Below are positions 32,920-37,938 of a stretch of DNA of 37,938 nt, piece after piece; the first letter of the stretch is position 1; every line of letters begins with the position of its first letter. Both the position numbers and the translations under genes were made by a program. The notes under the pieces are model-generated. The model was given only the letters and a program-made list of their open reading frames with translations, did no database searches and was not told the origin of the DNA. The DNA comes from Dehalococcoidia bacterium (GTDB lineage Bacteria > Chloroflexota > Dehalococcoidia > UBA2979). Location: contig JBBDIC010000152.1 in the NCBI GenBank assembly GCA_040880625.1, positions 9,239 through 47,176 of the forward strand. The letters run 5' to 3'.

Positions 32920-33762
32920 ATGGGAGGCGGCGCCGCCTTGGTAGAGACTCTCTCTCTCCGCGTGGGCCTTCGCGCTCCCCTCGAGCCGTCGCCGCGGGGT
33001 ACGGTCAACACGGCGTGCGCCTCCGGTACGGACGCGATCGGACACGCCTTGAGCCTGGTCCGCCTCGGACACGCCCGCGCACTGCTCGCAGGGGGTGCGG
33101 AGGCGATGATCACGCCTCTCTCACTCTCGTCGATGGGACGGTTGGGCGCGTTCTCCAAGAACAACGACGATCCAGAACACGCCTCACGGCCGTTCGACGC
33201 GGACCGCGACGGGTTCATCCTCGGCGAAGGCGCCGGCGTGCTGTTGCTCGAGTCCGAGATGTCCGCGCTCGAACGAGGCGCTGATATCTACTGCGAACTG
33301 GCTGGCATCGGCTGGTCATTCGACGCGACCGACGACACTGCGCCCGACCCCCAAGGTCAGGCGCTTGCGATGACCCGGGCACTGGACGATGCCGGGCTTG
33401 GACCTGGCGACGTGGACTACATCAACGCCCACGGCACGAGCACGCCCTATAACGACCGGACCGAGACTCAGGCGACCAAGATCGCATTCGGTGATGAGAC
33501 GAGGCGGCTGCGCCTCTCCTCGACGAAGTCGATGACAGGGCACCTCGCTGCCGCAGCAGGGGGAGTCGAGGCGGTTGCCTCAGTACTGACCCTCCACCAT
33601 GGCATCATCCCTCCGACGATCAACTATCTGACACCCGACCCGGAGTGCGACCTGGATGTGACTCCCAACGTCGCCCAGGCGGCGGACGTGAACGTGGTGA
33701 TGTCGAACTCCTTCGGGCTCGGCGGACAGAATGCGTGTGTGGTCTTCCGCCGCTACGAATGA
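32920..33762 (+). pseudogene. fabF: Beta-ketoacyl-ACP synthase II, 5'-truncated (about the first third missing)
   Basis: Only the region equivalent to about residue 140 onward of E. coli FabF is present: TACASG (active-site Cys), ASRPFDADRDGFILGEGAG, YINAHGTSTP, SSTKSMTGHL, PPTINY, CDLD, NSFGLGGQN. The ORF sequence upstream of 32920 is antisense to the B12 riboswitch and is not KAS-like. Confidence 0.7.
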
Positions 33763-34153
33763 CTGAGACCGGGTACGCCGACCGTCCAGGGTCAGGAAGA
33801 AATACACGTCCGGCCCGCTCGAGGGCGGCTGGCTCAAGGTGATGGGGAAGGGCAGCAAAGAGCGGATCGGTAGTGAATGGGCATAGCGCCAGAGCGCACG
33901 CTGGGAAGCGTTGTACGCATCCCCCATCGACGACGATAGCCGAGGAGCGAGAAGACGCATCGAAAGCGCGGCCCGTCGGCATCGTTATCAAACGCGAGGG
34001 CACACGCCCACGTACGTTCCGTCCTAAGCTGCGGCTCGCCACCCGATCCAGCGACTGACCCCGAGCACCATTGGGCCACACGGGACATAGAGGTCGGCGT
34101 GTAGGGAACGGAGGGATGGAGCCTCCCCCGTCTCCACCAAGGCTACTAGCAGG

Positions 34154-34179
34154 GCCCGCCGCAAGGCGGGTTCTTTGTT
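34154..34179 (+). terminator. Terminator-like hairpin
   Basis: CCCGCC (34155-34160), GCAA tetraloop, GGCGGG (34165-34170), then TTCTTTGTT (34171-34179). It lies about 400 nt downstream of the fabF stop. Confidence 0.55.
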
Positions 34180-34311
34180 GCCCGATGTGGCTTTCCGCAT
34201 TCGCAAGCGTGAAGTGAAATATGGATTGGGCCGGGGTGACGCCTGAGTCTTCCGATGGTGCGTCGGTTCGAAAGTCATCAGGCACCCCGCGGACTCTAGC
34301 AGCCGGTCGCA

Positions 34312-35133
34312 TCATACCCATCCGCGGTAGACGGCAGCCGAGCGCGGTGAGTGCTGAAGCGCCAGTGCCGCGAGACCAAGAGCTGCCCACAGCCAAAACG
34401 CTGACGGGCGCTTCGCAGTCATGACGATCCCAGTCGCTGCATCTCGCTCCCCCGCCGTGTAACCGAGGTTGAAAATCGCCCACGTCTCCCCATGCGAGGC
34501 CGCTGACAGCATTGAGTAGAGACGGTTGAAGGTTGGCTCTTCACCGACGTGCAGAACCACTCGGACGAGTTCCGAGCGCGATGGCATCGCTGCCTCATAC
34601 CCGAGCCATCGCCCGCGACGGTCACGTACCGTTGGGATGTGAAACCGCGCCACGTCAGCCTCGATGGCGACGATCTCTTCGGCGCGGGACTCCTCATCTA
34701 GTCGCTCGCGGCTCAGGGCCTCACTGCGGTGGAGGGTCAGCATCCTGCTCAGCCGCGTCCGCGGTGGAATGTTCGCTTCGGTGAGCCATGCCGATACTGC
34801 GCAGACCTCCACTAGCGACCGCGCCACGCTCCAAGGTGCCCAGACTGGCGTCGGCTCACCTTCCGCGGCTTCAGCTCCCCATGTACAAAGCGCATCGCCG
34901 TGATCGAGAGCAGCAGCGACTAGCAGATCCACGTATCCGAGCGTGTCTCGGACGGGCTGCCGATACCCTGTCAATGCGGCCTCGCGGGCCGCTGGGGACC
35001 GAGACGTGAACAGCTCCTCACCCGCGACAGCATGCTGCGCCCAAAGTCGATCGATTACTTCGAGCAACCGCCGCAAGTAGGTCGCGGCCTCGGCAACATC
35101 AGCAAGGGTCCGTTCTGACTCGGTTGCGTCCAC
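34312..35133 (-). CDS. Hypothetical protein, 273 aa (orphan; helical, one C-terminal hydrophobic segment)
   Basis: An uninterrupted ORF with varied composition. One sampled 60-nt block gives G+C of about 63%. I recognise no family with confidence. The segment WSVARSLVEVCAVSAWL...RLYSMLSAASHGE is vaguely reminiscent of Abi/DUF5677-type helical proteins. Confidence 0.55.
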   Translation of the reverse strand: MDATESERTLADVAEAATYLRRLLEVIDRLWAQHAVAGEELFTSRSPAAREAALTGYRQPVRDTLGYVDLLVAAALDHGDALCTWGAEAAEGEPTPVWAPWSVARSLVEVCAVSAWLTEANIPPRTRLSRMLTLHRSEALSRERLDEESRAEEIVAIEADVARFHIPTVRDRRGRWLGYEAAMPSRSELVRVVLHVGEEPTFNRLYSMLSAASHGETWAIFNLGYTAGERDAATGIVMTAKRPSAFWLWAALGLAALALQHSPRSAAVYRGWV

Positions 35134-35449
35134 GCCGCGCAGCTTAGGGGCACTCAGGCGGGCTCAGGACTCTTGCGAGTCAGATAGTCGTCGTGGCCTC
35201 CGCAAGCCCGCCGCCGCACCTGAATCCAACGGCGCCTGAAGGCGTGGTCCGGCCGTCCCTCATCACGACGGCGTGACAGCGAGACTTCCTACCGTCCGCC
35301 TTGCCCCATCCAGGCCGTGCTGCGGCCGCGAGTCTTCGGGCGCTGCTCGATCTTGATGGCGTACTCCTCACCGCCGGCCTCCATGCGCTGATGGACAAGG
35401 CAGTCCGTCCACCTCTCGAACTAATCCCCGGACTGGCCGCGTCAATCCC

Positions 35450-36313
35450 TCACAGATCCCGGCGCTGAAAACTGAAGATCGCCAATGCGAGGATGCCGAG
35501 CACCCAGACGGCTACCCACGCCAGGTACGCCTCGGACGGGGGGGCGGTCGCGACGAAGGGGTTGGCGGCCAACTCGGCGGCGCTGGTGGTCTGCGCCACC
35601 AACGCGGGCTGGACGCTGTACAGCGCCCCCTCCCAGAGGCCGTTCGCCGGCAGCACGAACTTCGTCGCGAGGCCGGCGTTTCGGACGACCTCGCTGCCGA
35701 ACGCCTCGCCGATGCCGTGTGCGATGCCGCCGATCCACGCGAGCCCGAACAGGACGAGGGCGATGATGCCGCCGGTCATTGGCGCAAGGCGCGTGCTGAA
35801 CAGCAGCGTCAGCGTGAGCATCACGACGGCCTCGCCGACGAGGAACGCGATGGCGGCGAGCGGGTGCGGCGGCGTGTAGCCCACCAGCGCGCGCACGGCG
35901 AGGAACTCCGCGCCCGCGGTGGCTGCCGCGTAGCCGCCGATCAGGACGGCGACCCCGAGCCACTTCCCGATCACGATGTCGCTGCGCCGGATCGGGCGCG
36001 GCAGCACGGCGAGGAGCACGCCGGAGTCGGCCTCGTCGGAGATGACGGGGGCCGCGACGAACACCGCGCCTACGGCGAAGACGAAACTGTACATGAAGGT
36101 GATCAGCGTCACGAGGACCGCGGCCAGCGTCTTCTGCTCCAGCGGCGAACACGGCTCGCCGTTGGCGCAGGGCAACGACGTGATGCGCTGGAACCCCCAC
36201 GCGCTCATGCCCACGAGGACCAGCGTCAATACCACGACGGCGATGAGCAGCCGTCGACGCGACGCCTCGCGCAGCGTGAGGCGTGCGATCGTGAGCACGG
36301 CGGACGGGTTCAC
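35450..36313 (-). CDS. ABC-2-type transporter permease
   Basis: A 287-aa protein with six or more hydrophobic segments and a typical N-terminus (ARLTLREASRRRLLIAVVVL). Its start overlaps the end of the upstream ATPase gene by 4 nt. Confidence 0.8.
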   Translation of the reverse strand: MNPSAVLTIARLTLREASRRRLLIAVVVLTLVLVGMSAWGFQRITSLPCANGEPCSPLEQKTLAAVLVTLITFMYSFVFAVGAVFVAAPVISDEADSGVLLAVLPRPIRRSDIVIGKWLGVAVLIGGYAAATAGAEFLAVRALVGYTPPHPLAAIAFLVGEAVVMLTLTLLFSTRLAPMTGGIIALVLFGLAWIGGIAHGIGEAFGSEVVRNAGLATKFVLPANGLWEGALYSVQPALVAQTTSAAELAANPFVATAPPSEAYLAWVAVWVLGILALAIFSFQRRDL

Positions 36314-37290
36314 TCGCCGCCCCTCTCGCCGAGGAGTTGCAGGAACCGGTCCTCGAGCGATTCGAGGCGGGTCTCCACGCGGTACACGCGACCCCCGAGG
36401 TGGACCGCTGCCGCGACGAGTTCCGGGACGCTCTCCGCGGCGATGGCCTGGAAGGCGTACCAGCCACCCTCGGTGTCGAAGTCACCGAACTGCGCCCGGA
36501 GTTGCGACTCGGCAGCGGCGGTGAGGCCGGTCATGTGGATGCGGACCGTCTGCCCGCCGCGCAGTAGTTCGTCGAGGGCGCCGCTCGCGATGACGCGTCC
36601 GTGGTCGACCACGGCCACGCGGTCGCAGACCTGCTCGACCTCGGACAGGAGGTGCGAGTTGAGGAAGACCGTGGCGCCTCGACGTTTCAGGTCGCGGATG
36701 ATCTCGCGTACGTCGTGGCGGCCGACGGGGTCGAGTGCCGAGGTCGGTTCGTCGAGGAAGACCAGGTCGGGGCTGCCGAGCAGCGCCACGCCGAGGCCCA
36801 GCCGCTGCTGCATGCCCTTCGAGAACGTGCCGACGCGGTCGTCCGCGCGCGAGACCAGCCCCACGTGGTCGAGGGCGCCGTCGATCTCGGCGGCGTGGCG
36901 CGTCGAGGGGATCCCGGCGAGGTCGCAGTGCAGGCGCAGCACCTCGCGCGCCGAGAGCCATGCCTGGTACCGAAACAGTTCCGGCAGGTAGCCGATGCGC
37001 GCGCGGGCCGCTCGGTCTCCCAGCGGCGCGCCGAGGACGGCGCCACCGCCCGAGGTCGGCCGGCTCAGGCCGAGCAGCAGTTTCACGGCCGTCGTCTTGC
37101 CCGCGCCGTTCGGGCCGAGGAACCCGAGCACCTCGCCGCGCCGGACGGTGAGCGTGAGGCCGGCCAGCGCCGTCGTCTTTCCGTACTGCTTCACGAGGTC
37201 CGCGACCTCGATGGTCGGGGCGCCCTCGGACGCTGCGTGCGCTCCGACGACGCCCGAGGAGGCGTGTGATCCGGTCGTGTCCTCGGCCAT
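36310..37290 (-). CDS. ABC transporter ATP-binding protein (ABC-2/CcmA-like)
   Basis: Walker A GPNGAGKTT, signature FSKGMQQRL, and Walker B LVFLDEPTSALD. The start was trimmed to the ATG at 37290 (MAEDTT...), which shares one nt with the upstream TGA. Confidence 0.9.
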   Translation of the reverse strand: MAEDTTGSHASSGVVGAHAASEGAPTIEVADLVKQYGKTTALAGLTLTVRRGEVLGFLGPNGAGKTTAVKLLLGLSRPTSGGGAVLGAPLGDRAARARIGYLPELFRYQAWLSAREVLRLHCDLAGIPSTRHAAEIDGALDHVGLVSRADDRVGTFSKGMQQRLGLGVALLGSPDLVFLDEPTSALDPVGRHDVREIIRDLKRRGATVFLNSHLLSEVEQVCDRVAVVDHGRVIASGALDELLRGGQTVRIHMTGLTAAAESQLRAQFGDFDTEGGWYAFQAIAAESVPELVAAAVHLGGRVYRVETRLESLEDRFLQLLGERGGE

Positions 37291-37938
37291 CAGCGCAGCG
37301 AGTCCGCGATGTCGAGGACCTCTCCCTCGCCGAGCGGTGCGGCCACGATGTAGACGATGCCGTCCTTCGCCCACACCACCGCGGCGGCGAAGCCGCTCCG
37401 TTCCGAGAGCGCCGTTCCGGTCACACCGTGCACGGTCACCTCGCGCGTGTCGATCTCGCCCGCCGGCACGGGGATCGGCCACGTCGTCGTCGGGTCGCCG
37501 ATCGCGCGGATGGCGTTGGCCAACTCATCGGAGATGCCGGGCTGGCTCAGCAGGTAGTCGCGGAGTTCGCCCACGGATGTCCCGGTCGTCGTCGCGAACG
37601 GCGCCTCGGTCTGCACCACCAGCAGTTGCGGGATGGCGTCGGCGAAGCCGGCCAGTGGTCCGCCCTCGCCGGCGTCCGGCGGCGAGGACGCACCACCGAG
37701 GAAGCCCGAGGCACCGTACATCGCGACGACCGCGGCGCCCGTGGTCATCTGCACGGACGCGCCGTCGATGTCAGCCGGCATCGGTGGCAGGGCCTCGCCC
37801 TGCGCGTCGGCGGCCGCCTGCGCCCGCGCGGCGCTGAAGGTGAACGTGGCCGACTGGCTCGGCAACGTGATGTACGCGGGCGCCGCCGACACGGATGCCG
37901 GCAGATCCCCCGGCGTGAGCACGGACATGCCCATGGCG
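37290..37938 (-). CDS. DUF4367-like (anti-sigma-factor C-terminal / LolA-like) domain protein, 5' end probably beyond window
   Basis: The C-terminus (VTVHGVTGTALSERSGFAAAVVWAKDGIVYIVAAPLGEGEVLDIADSL) resembles the DUF4367 pattern as I recall it. The frame stays open to the right edge. Confidence 0.5.
   Translation of the reverse strand, partial: AMGMSVLTPGDLPASVSAAPAYITLPSQSATFTFSAARAQAAADAQGEALPPMPADIDGASVQMTTGAAVVAMYGASGFLGGASSPPDAGEGGPLAGFADAIPQLLVVQTEAPFATTTGTSVGELRDYLLSQPGISDELANAIRAIGDPTTTWPIPVPAGEIDTREVTVHGVTGTALSERSGFAAAVVWAKDGIVYIVAAPLGEGEVLDIADSLR

Noticed and set aside
34105-34139. A tmRNA- or tRNA-like 3' end: a GGAGG/CCTCC hairpin followed by ...GTCTCCACCA.
   Set aside because: The 7-nt loop (GATGGAG) is not a T-loop. 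There is no matching 5' acceptor strand (GGAGACG), no GGGG...UUCGAC 5' element and no plausible tag ORF ending in ...LAA upstream. CCACCA is expected by chance in GC-rich DNA.
34262-34276. A GGTTCGAAAG sequence resembling a tRNA T-arm.
   Set aside because: The flanking bases do not form a T-stem, and no acceptor, D or anticodon arms can be drawn around it.
35442-37837. ORFs of 347 aa (-), 424 aa (+) and 280 aa (+) overlapping the ABC-2 permease, the ATPase and the DUF4367-like gene.
   Set aside because: They are shadow ORFs, Arg/Pro/Ser-rich and without motifs. The annotated frames show Walker A/B motifs and hydrophobic TM segments.
1-37938. Search for CRISPR arrays, rRNA/tRNA genes, IS elements, integrases and long terminal or inverted repeats.
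   Set aside because: I found no regularly spaced direct repeats and no rRNA or tRNA signatures. No transposase (DDE) or recombinase motif appears in any convincing ORF. The only notable repeat is the duplicated TPP aptamer, reported above.

Overview
Very GC-rich bacterial chromosomal window. Hand counts of a few 60-nt samples give about 70-75% G+C in core genes. The style is Actinomycetota-like: a leaderless start, many ATGA/GTGA stop-start overlaps and a ThiO-type thiazole pathway. Blocks from left to right follow. (1) 1-10.3 kb is a defence island. It holds the 3' part of an SNF2-family helicase with an inserted Cys4 ribbon, a convergent 42-codon basic ORF, and a six-gene type I R-M operon with almost no intergenic space. 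The operon order is half-size single-TRD S protein, hsdM, full hsdS, a 331-aa HEPN-like (Rx4H) protein, hsdR, and a COG1451-type HExxH metallopeptidase. (2) 10.3-14 kb holds a decayed gene remnant, an alpha/beta hydrolase, a TPR+LuxR regulator, and a CHY-zinc-finger-like gene coupled to a 41-codon ORF. (3) 14.1-22.6 kb is a minus-strand thiamine region: TPP riboswitch, thiO, a chlorite-dismutase-family gene, a second near-identical TPP riboswitch, then thiD-thiE-thiS-thiG, a ThiE/TenI paralog, two tandem TenA paralogs and an SSS-family transporter. (4) 22.8-23.6 kb encodes an Ala/Asp-rich secreted or anchored protein with a textbook terminator. (5) 23.8-32.9 kb is a minus-strand cobalamin-riboswitch operon, cobO-btuC-btuF-btuD-cbiB-cobD-cobQ, followed by a cobT broken by three frameshifts. 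(6) 32.9-35.4 kb holds a 5'-truncated fabF abutting the riboswitch, a roughly 550-nt ORF-poor stretch of lower GC, and an orphan 273-aa gene. (7) 35.4-37.9 kb is an ABC-2 exporter (permease and ATPase) plus a DUF4367-like protein that runs off the right edge. I recognise no rRNA, tRNA, CRISPR array, transposase or integrase. Most long ORFs in the six-frame track that overlap these genes in antisense or alternative frames are GC-driven shadow ORFs. The most system-like novelty I can support is the accessorised type I R-M operon, specifically the HEPN-like gene wedged between hsdS and hsdR. All family assignments come from motifs read by eye and need HMM or structure confirmation.
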